From: a bacterium
GTDB lineage: Bacteria; Actinomycetota; Acidimicrobiia; Acidimicrobiales; CATQHL01
Assembly (NCBI GenBank): GCA_028824415.1
Contig: JAPPDX010000093.1
Span: 11,370 to 75,369 of the forward strand
Length of the DNA: 64,000 nucleotides
Direction: 5' to 3'
The translations under genes were made by a program, and so were the position numbers. Below, piece by piece: positions 52,326 to 61,454 of this stretch. The number at the start of each line of letters is the position of its first letter. Position 1 is the first letter of the stretch. A model generated the notes under the pieces. The model saw only the letters and a list, made by a program, of their open reading frames with translations. It was not told the DNA's origin and searched no databases.

Positions 52326-53408
52326 GTGGCTTCGAGACGTGGGCGCGGCCTGGTGCCGCAGCGGCCCATCGTGCGGATCGTCCTGCTGCTGGCCGTGGCA
52401 GGCATGGCAAGCGGGATTGCAGGCGCCGTGTTCACCGGAGGGGAGACAGCAGCACGGGATCCCGCGGCCACGCGAACTGCTCCCGGCGAGGCTCCGCCAG
52501 CTGCAGAGCCGACAGTCAGCGAGCCCCCGGTACCCCAGCCGGTGACGGCTCCCGTCGAACCACCCGCACCCCAGCCCGAAGCCGCTCCCGTCGAACCACC
52601 CGCAGTCGAGCAGACCCCCGTCGCACCTCCTCCACCGGAGGCCGCGGCCGAGTTGATCGAACAGCTGCGGCCGCTGGTGGCCGCGCCGGACCCGAACGTC
52701 CCGGACTACGACCGCGACCACTTCGCGGGCTGGCTGGACGCCGACGGCGACTGCGTGAACACCCGCCACGAGATCCTGCAGTCCGAGGCGGTTGGTTTCT
52801 CAATGAACGCCGAGGGCTGCGCCGTGGATTCGGGAGAGTGGTTCGATCCCTACACGGACCGGACGTTCACCGATCCGCGCGATCTCGACGTGGACCATGT
52901 CGTGGCGCTGGCAGACGCATGGGTTTCGGGCGCCTGGGCCTGGGCCGACGAGTTGCTGGACCGCTTCAGCAATGACCTCGGCAACCTCAACGCCATCGCC
53001 GCGGGCGAGAATCGCTCGAAGTCCGCCCGGGGGCCCGCCGACTACAGCCCCACGGCGCCTGCGGCTCGCTGCGAGTACCTCGTGCAGTACGCCACGGTGA
53101 AGATCCGCTGGGAACTCTCGATCACCCCGCGCGACTTCGAGGTGGTGGCGGCCGGGCTGGCGGGCTGCGACGTGGGCAGGATCCCGGACGCGCCAGCGGA
53201 ATCATCCGAGCCGCCTCCCACCACGACTGCCGCGGCGCCCGAACCGGATTGCCATCCGGCTTACGAGCCGTGCCTGCCGAACCTTCCCGGCGACGTCTTG
53301 AACTGCGGCGACCTGCGCTCGGATCAGAAGCCGGTCACCGTCCTGGTACCGGGCGACGATCCCTACCGGCTGGACCGGGACCGCGACGGGAGGGGCTGCA
53401 CAAGTTGA
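52326..53408 (+). CDS. Secreted HNH endonuclease (DUF1524-like) with C-terminal Excalibur-like domain
   Basis: YDRDHF, LDVDHVVAL, NL.A....NRSK, LNCGD...YRLDRDRDGRGC. Confidence 0.88.
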   Translation: MASRRGRGLVPQRPIVRIVLLLAVAGMASGIAGAVFTGGETAARDPAATRTAPGEAPPAAEPTVSEPPVPQPVTAPVEPPAPQPEAAPVEPPAVEQTPVAPPPPEAAAELIEQLRPLVAAPDPNVPDYDRDHFAGWLDADGDCVNTRHEILQSEAVGFSMNAEGCAVDSGEWFDPYTDRTFTDPRDLDVDHVVALADAWVSGAWAWADELLDRFSNDLGNLNAIAAGENRSKSARGPADYSPTAPAARCEYLVQYATVKIRWELSITPRDFEVVAAGLAGCDVGRIPDAPAESSEPPPTTTAAAPEPDCHPAYEPCLPNLPGDVLNCGDLRSDQKPVTVLVPGDDPYRLDRDRDGRGCTS

Positions 53409-53518
53409 CTCCGCGGCCCGGGTGATCCGCCGAACCGTTGCCGCGCTGACGGGAGTGTAGTTAGGCGCTCTGGAGAGCAAATCGCGCTGGACCCGCGGCC
53501 GACGAGTCCGTCACTCCG

Positions 53519-55207
53519 TCACCGAGCGAACGAGAACACAACGTTGCCCAGGCTGGCCTCAGCATTGGCCGGCCCGCCGATGTTCCGCACGATCGTCATG
53601 CGCGAGGAGCCGCAGTCGCCGAAGTCGTCGCAGTCGATGTTGCCGGTCAGGCCTCTGTACCCCGTCACACCGTTTAGATAGTCGCGCACGCCTTGACGAT
53701 CGACGACAAGAGTTCGACCGTCGAGGTACGAGGCCGCCATGATTGCGTCGAGCAGCAGCGTCGTGGCGTCGTAGCCGTGCGCCCAGAACGGTGACGACGG
53801 AGGCTCACCGTAGCGCGACCGGTAGGTGGCCAAGAAGTCGCCGGCCGAGGTCCCCGTGCTCTCGTTCCTGTTGCTGCCGACACGCGTGTCGGGAGCCGAG
53901 AAGTACATGCCCGTGGTCTGGGGGAGCGAGACGAAGGCGGGATAGAGCAGGCCGTCGGCGGCCAGGAGCAACGTGCCCTCCAGCCCCCGCACTGCCGGCA
54001 CTTGGGCGGCGATGTAGGCGCCGGCGGGCTCGAAGATCGGGAAGAACAGCGCGCCGGGCCTGCCCGAGGCGATACCGGTCAGCACCGGGACCACATTTGT
54101 GCCATCGGGGTCGACCTCGGCGAAACTCGTGACAGTGCCACCCCCGCGCTCGAAGGCGTCGACGAACGCCTGGGCGATTCCAGTTGTGTAGCCGTCGCCG
54201 TCGTGGATTGCCGCCGCCCTGCGGACACCCAGTTCGCGCAGCACGAACTCGGCCATGGCCACACCTTGGTAGAAGTCGTTGTCAGCAGTGCGGTAGTAGC
54301 CGACGCTGTGCCACGTTCCGGCGTTGCCGGCCAGGTCCGATGTCAGCGCCGGCGCCGTGTTGGCGCCCGAGATCAGCACCATGCCCGCCGCGGTGAGCAG
54401 CGGCGCAGCGGCCAGTGTGGCTCCCGAACAGGAAGTGCCGATCACACCGACCACGTCATTGTCGGCGACGATGGCCTGCGCTCCGGCCTCCGCTCCCCGG
54501 TAGGAGCACCGAGAATCGAGTCCAGCACCCATGTCCACATCGAACCCGCGGATCGGACCGTAGTCCTCGATCGCGAGCATGACGCTGCGCTCTATCGGCA
54601 GGCCGCGGAACGCCATGTCGCCCGACACGGAATTGAGCGAGCGAATCTGGATCTCTTGACCCGGCGCGATCCTGACGACGCCCAACGACCCGTCCCCAGG
54701 TGGCGTGACCGTCGTGCGGCGCGGAGGAGCCGTATCAAGTGGCGCCGTCGCGTCGCCGACGGTGTACCACGACGCGAACAGCCAGCGGCCGACGGCGGCC
54801 GTGCGGTAGGGGAAGTTGCGCGCCCGCGGAAGCCACTGCCGGTCGGCACCGACCTGCAGGGCGAACTCCACCTTGCCGTTGGCGAGTTTGCGCGCTCTGA
54901 TCCGCACGTCATTGCCGTCGCTCATGCCGAACGGCGAGGACCGGAGCCAGCGGTCGACCTCGACGGTGGCGTAAGGGAAGAACCGGAGACGCGGCAACCA
55001 CAGGTCACCGCCGGCCACCCGGAGTCCGAATTCGACGTTGCCGTTGGAAAGCTTGCGGGCCGCGATGCGTACGCTCAAGGGCGCCTCCGCGGTGTCGCCG
55101 ACCGTCTGAGCCCCCGCGCTACCGGTCCCGACCGCGGCGACGACCGAGCCCAGCAGGCTGACCAGCAAGACCGCGGCGACGAGTTGCCGGCGGGCGATCA
55201 TCGACAT
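53519..55207 (-). CDS. LivK/LivJ-type solute-binding protein with two N-terminal 55-aa repeats
   Basis: Signal peptide; VIGTSCSGA, NTAPALT, YYRTA.ND, YDATTLL, YRGLTG. Confidence 0.85.
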   Translation of the reverse strand: MSMIARRQLVAAVLLVSLLGSVVAAVGTGSAGAQTVGDTAEAPLSVRIAARKLSNGNVEFGLRVAGGDLWLPRLRFFPYATVEVDRWLRSSPFGMSDGNDVRIRARKLANGKVEFALQVGADRQWLPRARNFPYRTAAVGRWLFASWYTVGDATAPLDTAPPRRTTVTPPGDGSLGVVRIAPGQEIQIRSLNSVSGDMAFRGLPIERSVMLAIEDYGPIRGFDVDMGAGLDSRCSYRGAEAGAQAIVADNDVVGVIGTSCSGATLAAAPLLTAAGMVLISGANTAPALTSDLAGNAGTWHSVGYYRTADNDFYQGVAMAEFVLRELGVRRAAAIHDGDGYTTGIAQAFVDAFERGGGTVTSFAEVDPDGTNVVPVLTGIASGRPGALFFPIFEPAGAYIAAQVPAVRGLEGTLLLAADGLLYPAFVSLPQTTGMYFSAPDTRVGSNRNESTGTSAGDFLATYRSRYGEPPSSPFWAHGYDATTLLLDAIMAASYLDGRTLVVDRQGVRDYLNGVTGYRGLTGNIDCDDFGDCGSSRMTIVRNIGGPANAEASLGNVVFSFAR

Positions 55208-55390
55208 TCGAGACTCCTAAGGGTCTACGCCAACCGGCAGATTGTCGCGCAGCCGTGTGTGAGTTCACTCAGAAGCGGCCGCGAATGTGCAGACGCTGCC
55301 TGGCACTATAGGCCACACTACAGAAGTATACGAACGCTGGATATCTCGCCGGGCCAGAGCAAAGGTCCCTGCCGCGGCGGCGCGGCACCG

Positions 55391-56188
55391 CTAGCGGCCG
55401 AAGTCGAAGGTGCTGATCTCGACGAGTTGCTCGGCGACGAGTTCGACCGCCGCCTCGAAGAGATCCTTGCCTGCCTCGGCTGTGGCGCCGGTGGGGTCGC
55501 CGATGTGGCCGTCGGGGCCGAAGTCGTTGGACAGCCAGCCGAACGTGGTCAGCCCGCCGAAGCGCACGTGGGTCTGCTGCGCCAGCCCCTCGGGCACCTG
55601 CCGGACCGCGCGGTCCATGTGCACCAACTCCGGACGCAGGTGCAGCATGACGGAGGTCTCGTCGTGGCCGCCGTGGATACCCATGCCCAGTTCGCTGGCA
55701 GTGCTGGGGCGTCCCCCGTGGTCGGGCGGCACGAACGGATGCACGAGAAATGTGCGCAGGCCGAAGCGGCGACGCAGCTCCCGGCAGGCCACATTGAGCA
55801 GCGCGCTGTTGCCCCCGTGGCCGTTGAGGAAGACCAGCCGCTCGGCGCCGGTGGCGGCCACCGAGCGACCGACGTCGTTGGCCACCGCCAGCAGGGTCTC
55901 GCTGGACAGCCACAACGATCCGGGCGACCAGGAGTGCTCATCGGACTTCGAGATCGACAGAGTTGGCAGCAACCAGGCGTCGGCCTCCTCGCCGCACTCT
56001 GCCACCGCCGCCCGTGCCGCCTCATCGGCGACCACGTGATCCACCGACAGCGGCAGGTGTGGCCCATGCTGCTCGACGGCGCCGATCGGCCACACCAGCG
56101 TTGACCCCGGGCCGATCCGCTCGGCGATCTCCGGAGCGGTCAGGTTCTCCAGCCGCCGCGGCTCGCTCGGATCCGCATGGGTGCCCAT
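55391..56188 (-). CDS. Creatininase family amidohydrolase
   Basis: EQHGPHLP..D, SDEH, NGHGGN, HGGHDETS. Confidence 0.9.
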   Translation of the reverse strand: MGTHADPSEPRRLENLTAPEIAERIGPGSTLVWPIGAVEQHGPHLPLSVDHVVADEAARAAVAECGEEADAWLLPTLSISKSDEHSWSPGSLWLSSETLLAVANDVGRSVAATGAERLVFLNGHGGNSALLNVACRELRRRFGLRTFLVHPFVPPDHGGRPSTASELGMGIHGGHDETSVMLHLRPELVHMDRAVRQVPEGLAQQTHVRFGGLTTFGWLSNDFGPDGHIGDPTGATAEAGKDLFEAAVELVAEQLVEISTFDFGR

Positions 56189-56275
56189 GCCGCCACGCTA
56201 CCGGCGCGTGCGGGGTCGGCCGCCTTGGACCTCGGTTCGCTTGCGAAACGCTGGCACAGATGTCATAATGCTGTC

Positions 56276-56512
56276 ATGGCTGTGCAGATCACGATCCGGG
56301 ATGTCCCCGAGGAGGTCCGCGACGAACTCGCCGCCCGCGCCGCGGCACAGCGCCGGTCGATGCAGGAGTACCTCCGCGGCGAGTTGGAGCGGATCGCGGC
56401 TCGCCCGTCGCTGGACACGTGGCTCCGGGAGGTTCAGTACCGGAAAGCGGCAACCGGCACCCACGTGGGGGCCTCGGAGATCCTGCAAGCGCGCGACGCC
56501 GACCGGACGTGA
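56276..56512 (+). CDS. vapB: Antitoxin, FitA/ribbon-helix-helix type
   Basis: ITIRDVPEEVRDELAARAA..RRSMQEYL; GTGA overlap with the PIN gene. Confidence 0.88.
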   Translation: MAVQITIRDVPEEVRDELAARAAAQRRSMQEYLRGELERIAARPSLDTWLREVQYRKAATGTHVGASEILQARDADRT

Positions 56513-56913
56513 CGGCGGTCGTCGACGCCTCGGTGCTCGTGGCGGCTCTTGTCGACACGGAGACTGATGGGCGCTGGGCCACCGCGGCGATGTCCGAGCA
56601 CCGCCCTCTGGTTGCTCCCGAACTCGGACCGGCGGAGGCCACCAACATCCTGCGGCGGCTGGAAGCGAGCCGACAAATCTCGGCGCCGGAAGCCGCCGCG
56701 GCCCATCGCGACCTGCTCCGCCTGGACATGGACTGCCATCCCTTCGCACCGTTCGCCGAGCGCGTCTGGGCGCTTCGGACCAACTTCACGTGCTACGACG
56801 CCTGGTATGTGGCACTGGCAGAGACGCTGGCCGTCCCCCTGCTGACATTGGACCGCCGCATAGCCCGGGCCGGTGGGACAGACTGTGAGGTCATCGTTCC
56901 TCCGCCGCCCTAG
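56509..56913 (+). CDS. vapC: PIN-domain toxin
   Basis: VVDASVLV, E, YDAWYVALAE, LLTLD. Confidence 0.9.
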   Translation: MTAVVDASVLVAALVDTETDGRWATAAMSEHRPLVAPELGPAEATNILRRLEASRQISAPEAAAAHRDLLRLDMDCHPFAPFAERVWALRTNFTCYDAWYVALAETLAVPLLTLDRRIARAGGTDCEVIVPPPP

Positions 56914-57012
56914 TCCCCAGCCGCAGTGCCGATCGTGGCGGGACGGTCTTCGGGAACTCAGAACCGGGGGCTTGATCGAGGCTTTGCGGCGCAGTCGCCG
57001 ATCGAGTGCGGC

Positions 57013-58563
57013 TCAGAACGACCGGGTGACGACCGAGGCGACGTTGCGGCCCGAGGCGCCCCAGACGCCCGCGCCGGGGAACGTGGCGGCGCCGGCGCAG
57101 AACAGGCCACCGATCGGCGTGGTGTAGCGCGTGAGGTGGCGCGGGCGACCCAGCAGCGCCGACAGCGGCGACCCCGAGAACGAGGCGGCGTGGCCGCGGG
57201 GCATGCTGAACTGCTCCTCGTAGGACGGTGGGGTCATAGCTCGCCAGTCCACGACGGTCTCGGCGAAACCGGGCCGCACAATCTCGCCGTAGGTCTCCAA
57301 CCAGCGCGCCGGCTCACCGCTTCCGGGCCAGCCCCCCGCCAGGGCGTAGGGCGTGTACAGGACCTCGAGGCTGAACACCTCGCCGCCGCCGGACGGGCGC
57401 ATCGTGTGATCCAGAACCGATGGCACATTGGCGTAGAAGACAGGGCGCTTCCCGACGCGCCCGTCAGCCGAGGCCGCCAGCGCCTCCGCCAGGGCATCCA
57501 GCCCGGGCAGCACGAACGTGGTGGGGACCAGCGCCTCGTCAGCCCCGACCCCGTCCGGCGCCTCGCTGTAGATCGGCGGCTCGGCCAGCACGGCGTCGAG
57601 CTTCGACTCGTATCCGTCCTTGCGCCCCGGCTCCCAGCGTCTCGTGAAGCTCTCGGGCAGGGACGACCCTTCGAGTGCCACCGCCCCCGGATCGCAGGCC
57701 ACGACGACGGCGGCGGACTCCACGACCTCACCACCGGCGAGGCGGACACCCGCCACGCGGCCGCCCGATGCGCGGCGACCGCCGTCCACCAGCACGCTCT
57801 CCACCCGGGTGCCGCAGCGCACCTGGCCACCGGCGGCTTCGAAACTGCGCCGGACCGCATCGGTTAGCGCGCCGCTGCCGCCGACGGGCCGACCCATCTG
57901 CACCAGGTGGCGGACGGCGTAGCCCAGCGCCCCCAGCCCGGTGCCCGGCGTCGAGCCGTCGAGACCCCACACCACCGGGCCCGTGGCCAGCGCGGGCACC
58001 ATCAGCGCCTCGTGGCCGAAGAAGTCCGCCAGCAGCGACTGCGCCGACTGTCGCGACCACCTCCACAGGCGGCGGGCCGCCGTCGAACGGCGCCGCAGCA
58101 CGCTCCCAAGGACGCCGGGGCCCGGTGGCTGCTGGGCGAGTTCCACGAGCAGCTCGGCCACGGGCAGCGCGGCGCGGACGAAACGGCGGTAGCCGTCGAC
58201 CTCGTCGGGATAGGTTCGCCGCAGCCCGTCGAGCGTGGTGTCCAGGTCGTGCCAGGCCGTCCAGGTGGCATGACCGTCCCAGAACCGGCTGATGCCCACA
58301 GGCTCAACGTCGAGGTATTGGAGACCGAAGTCGGCCAGATCGAGTTCGTCGGCGATCGGCATGGCCCGGACCAGCACATGGTCGCAGTTGCAGATGTTGA
58401 CCCGGGCCCCGACCGCCTCGACCGTGGAGGCACAGCCCCCCACGGTGTCCCGGGCCTCGAGCAGCAGCGTCTGCAGACCCGCTCGAGCCAGGTAGGCCGC
58501 CGCGATCAGCCCGTTGTGGCCAGCCCCGAGGACGGCGACATCTGCGGGCCCGTTCAACGACAT
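57013..58563 (-). CDS. FAD-dependent oxidoreductase, phytoene desaturase-like (COG1233)
   Basis: LGAGHNGL..AAYLA, GGSGAL, GAATFPGAGVWGASG. Confidence 0.88.
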   Translation of the reverse strand: MSLNGPADVAVLGAGHNGLIAAAYLARAGLQTLLLEARDTVGGCASTVEAVGARVNICNCDHVLVRAMPIADELDLADFGLQYLDVEPVGISRFWDGHATWTAWHDLDTTLDGLRRTYPDEVDGYRRFVRAALPVAELLVELAQQPPGPGVLGSVLRRRSTAARRLWRWSRQSAQSLLADFFGHEALMVPALATGPVVWGLDGSTPGTGLGALGYAVRHLVQMGRPVGGSGALTDAVRRSFEAAGGQVRCGTRVESVLVDGGRRASGGRVAGVRLAGGEVVESAAVVVACDPGAVALEGSSLPESFTRRWEPGRKDGYESKLDAVLAEPPIYSEAPDGVGADEALVPTTFVLPGLDALAEALAASADGRVGKRPVFYANVPSVLDHTMRPSGGGEVFSLEVLYTPYALAGGWPGSGEPARWLETYGEIVRPGFAETVVDWRAMTPPSYEEQFSMPRGHAASFSGSPLSALLGRPRHLTRYTTPIGGLFCAGAATFPGAGVWGASGRNVASVVTRSF

Positions 58564-59888
58564 CACTCGGAGTCTCCCAGACGGTCGGCCACCATGGAGC
58601 GGAGGCGCTCGGCGAGCACCGGCGCCTCGGCGGTCTGCAACTCGCCGTCACGAACCACGACCCGGCCCGCTACGACGACATGACGAGGCCGCCGGCCCGG
58701 ATTGGCCCAGAGCAGGCCCGCCAGCGGATCGCCGACGCCTGCATCGGCCACGCCGGTCACGTCGAAGCAGCACAGGTCCGCGGCGGCGCCCTCCTCGAGG
58801 TGGCCGAGTTCGGGCCGCCCGAGCCCGGCCGCCGATCCGGTGGTGGCCATGGCGAGAATCTCCCGTGCCGTCGGCGGCCGCGCCGTCAGACCCCCCACCT
58901 GCAGGGCGAGCCGAGCGTCGGCCAGCAAGTTTCCGGCGTCGTTGCTTCCGCCGCCGCTTGTGCCGAGGCCGACGTGGACGCCGGCGTCCAGCAGGGCTCC
59001 CACCTCCGCTACACCCCAGCCCATCGGCACGTCGCAACCAGGGGCATGCGTGGCGTGGGCGCCCGAGGCGGCAAAGAGGTCCCGCTCGGCATCGGTGATC
59101 TCGCAGAGATGCGCCACGGTCACGTCATCGGCCAGCCAACCCCACTCGTCCAGGAGATCAAGGGGGCGGCGACCCCAGCGCGCCGCGGCCCGCTCGGTGT
59201 CCACCTGCTCGTTGGCCTGGGTGCGGCGGCGGAGACCATGTCGGACCGCCACCTCGGCCAGCGCTGCGAACGTCTCGGGCCCGTCGGAGTGCACACCCGC
59301 CGGCCCGCAGGCGATCTGGAGCATCCCGTAGGGCTCCCCGGCCCCGTATCGGGTCACGAGCGACTCGACCGAGGCCGCCGCCTGCGGGTCATCACCCGCA
59401 GTGCCCCGCACGAATACGAGGCGGGAACCCAACCTCTCGGCGGCGTCGATGGTGGCTGCGGCCAACTCGGCGGGGTCCTGATCGGCGGGCCACGTGAGGT
59501 GATGGTCGGCCACGGTGGTCACCCCGGCCAGCAACCCCTCGGCGACGCCGACCGCGGCCGCGGCCTCGGCCAGATCCGGGTCGACGCCGGCGCGCCGGTA
59601 GTAGCCGCCCATGGTTGCGAGCCAGCGGTCCATGCGCACGTGGCGGGTGCCCTCCAGCGTCCGGAAGGCGGACTGAAGCAGATGGTGGTGGGCGTTGACG
59701 AGTCCCGGCACGATGACGCACCCCGAGGCGTCGAGCGCCTCGCGCCCCGCCGGACCCTCCAGCGACGGTTGGCTCGTGGCGCCGCTCCCGACGGCCACGA
59801 CTATTCCGTCCCGGCACAGCAACTCGGCCCCGGCCAACTCGCGGCGCCCCGTCCAGACCAATTCGGCGCCGCGCACCACCAACTCCAT
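58563..59888 (-). CDS. Amidohydrolase, 8-oxoguanine deaminase-like, with altered metal ligands
   Basis: PGLVNAHHHL, DHH; RTQANE and GLGTSG variants. Confidence 0.85.
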   Translation of the reverse strand: MELVVRGAELVWTGRRELAGAELLCRDGIVVAVGSGATSQPSLEGPAGREALDASGCVIVPGLVNAHHHLLQSAFRTLEGTRHVRMDRWLATMGGYYRRAGVDPDLAEAAAAVGVAEGLLAGVTTVADHHLTWPADQDPAELAAATIDAAERLGSRLVFVRGTAGDDPQAAASVESLVTRYGAGEPYGMLQIACGPAGVHSDGPETFAALAEVAVRHGLRRRTQANEQVDTERAAARWGRRPLDLLDEWGWLADDVTVAHLCEITDAERDLFAASGAHATHAPGCDVPMGWGVAEVGALLDAGVHVGLGTSGGGSNDAGNLLADARLALQVGGLTARPPTAREILAMATTGSAAGLGRPELGHLEEGAAADLCCFDVTGVADAGVGDPLAGLLWANPGRRPRHVVVAGRVVVRDGELQTAEAPVLAERLRSMVADRLGDSE

Positions 59889-59926
59889 GCGGCGATGGTA
59901 ACGGCCGGCCATTGGCCGGTCGGCGC

Positions 59927-61246
59927 TCAGTGCGCGCCGTGCAGGCGGGCGGCGCGGCGGGCGAGTTCCCGGTGCGCCGCCGCCAGGTCCAGGCCCAGCG
60001 GTTCACCGTCGGCCACCGTGTGCCGGCCGCCGACGAAGAGGTGCCGCACCCGCCGGTCGGGGCCGAGCACCAGCGCCGTGACAGGATCGGCGATGTCTGC
60101 CAGGTCGTCACCGGGCCACACGGCGAGATCGGCGGCCATGCCCACCTCGAGCCGCCCCAGATCGGCGCCGCGCCCCAGGCAGGCGGCTCCGTCGGCGGAG
60201 GCCATCTCCAGCACGTCGGTCGGCATGAGCGCATCGGCCCGAGCCTCGCGCTGGCGCGCCGTGTAGAGCGCCTGGCGCAGCTCGGGGAACAGGCCGCCGA
60301 CCTCGTTGGAGGCCACGCCGTCCACGCCGAGTCCCACCGGAGATCCGGCGGCGCGCAGCCCGACGACCGGGCACATCCCCGCCGCGAGCCGCGCATTGCT
60401 GGACGGGCAGTGGGCAACTCCCACGCCGGCGGCACCGAGGCGGACCAGCTCCGCGTCGTCGAGGTGGATGCCGTGGGCCAACCACACGTCGTCGCCCATC
60501 CAACCCCAGCCCTCCAGCACCTCGACGGGCCGGCGCCCGAACCGGGCAAGGCAGTGCTGCTGCTCCTCCAGTGTCTCGACGAGGTGGGTGTGCAGGCGCA
60601 GTCCAAGGCGGCGAGCCAGCTCCGCGGCCTCGACCATCAACTCGGTGCTGACCGAGAAGGGGCTGCACGGGGCGACGGTGATCGACACCCACTCGCCGTC
60701 GTGGTACTGCGCCGCGAGGCGTTCGGTGGAGGCCCCGATGTCATCGCGGTTCTCCACCAGATGGTCCGGCGGCAACCCGCCGTCGCTCTCCCCGAGATCC
60801 ATGGACCCGCGGGAAAGCGCCAAGCGCACACCCACCAGTCCCGCAGCCTCCACGATGGCGTCGAACACGCTGTCGTCGCCACGGGGCACCACGTAATGGT
60901 GGTCGAAGACCGTCGTTGCGCCACTGAGGGCCAGTTCGGCCAGCCCGACTTGGGCTGCCGCTCCCACGTCTTCGGCATCCAGCATCCCCCAGACGGGGTA
61001 CAGGGCCACCAGCCACCTGAAGAGATCGCATCCGTCGGCGCGGCCGCGCGTCATCCACTGGTAGAGGTGGTGGTGGGTGTTGACGAAGCCCGCGGTGATG
61101 ATGTCGCCGTCGCAGCGGACCACCCTGTCGCCGGCCTCGGCGGGCACATCGCCGACGGCGACGATGCGGCCGCCCTCCAACGCCACGTCGCCGGGGTGGC
61201 GTGCGCCCCGCAGCACGACCCGCCCGGGGTCCGGAGTGCCGTTCAT
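59927..61246 (-). CDS. Amidohydrolase, 8-oxoguanine/isoxanthopterin deaminase-like
   Basis: NTHHHLYQ, PCSPFS, LHTHLVET, HCPSSN, GLGVDG..SN. Confidence 0.9.
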   Translation of the reverse strand: MNGTPDPGRVVLRGARHPGDVALEGGRIVAVGDVPAEAGDRVVRCDGDIITAGFVNTHHHLYQWMTRGRADGCDLFRWLVALYPVWGMLDAEDVGAAAQVGLAELALSGATTVFDHHYVVPRGDDSVFDAIVEAAGLVGVRLALSRGSMDLGESDGGLPPDHLVENRDDIGASTERLAAQYHDGEWVSITVAPCSPFSVSTELMVEAAELARRLGLRLHTHLVETLEEQQHCLARFGRRPVEVLEGWGWMGDDVWLAHGIHLDDAELVRLGAAGVGVAHCPSSNARLAAGMCPVVGLRAAGSPVGLGVDGVASNEVGGLFPELRQALYTARQREARADALMPTDVLEMASADGAACLGRGADLGRLEVGMAADLAVWPGDDLADIADPVTALVLGPDRRVRHLFVGGRHTVADGEPLGLDLAAAHRELARRAARLHGAH

Positions 61247-61454
61247 CGGCCCATCATGGCATCGCCGGCCCGCCCGGACCTGCCGCGACCCCGGTAGGGC
61301 GGGGGCGGCGGGGGGCCGATTTGCGACGCCTCTGAGATTGCCGAGCCCTCGCTCGGCAATCGAATCGAAGGAGCAGACGGCACCCCCGATGACACCGCCC
61401 GGACCGCCGCAAACCCCCGAGGGCGGGGGCGGCGGATTGTGGCCAGCGGCCTGC

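Noticed and set aside
55353-55372. gggaccttt resembling a DosR box
   Set aside because: Only a half-site; the palindrome is incomplete
55391-56188. Creatininase as mycofactocin MftE
   Set aside because: No other mft genes or precursor peptide in the window
56957-56970. Possible echo of the oxidoreductase 3' end (ctcagaaccggg)
   Set aside because: Match too short and gapped to distinguish from chance
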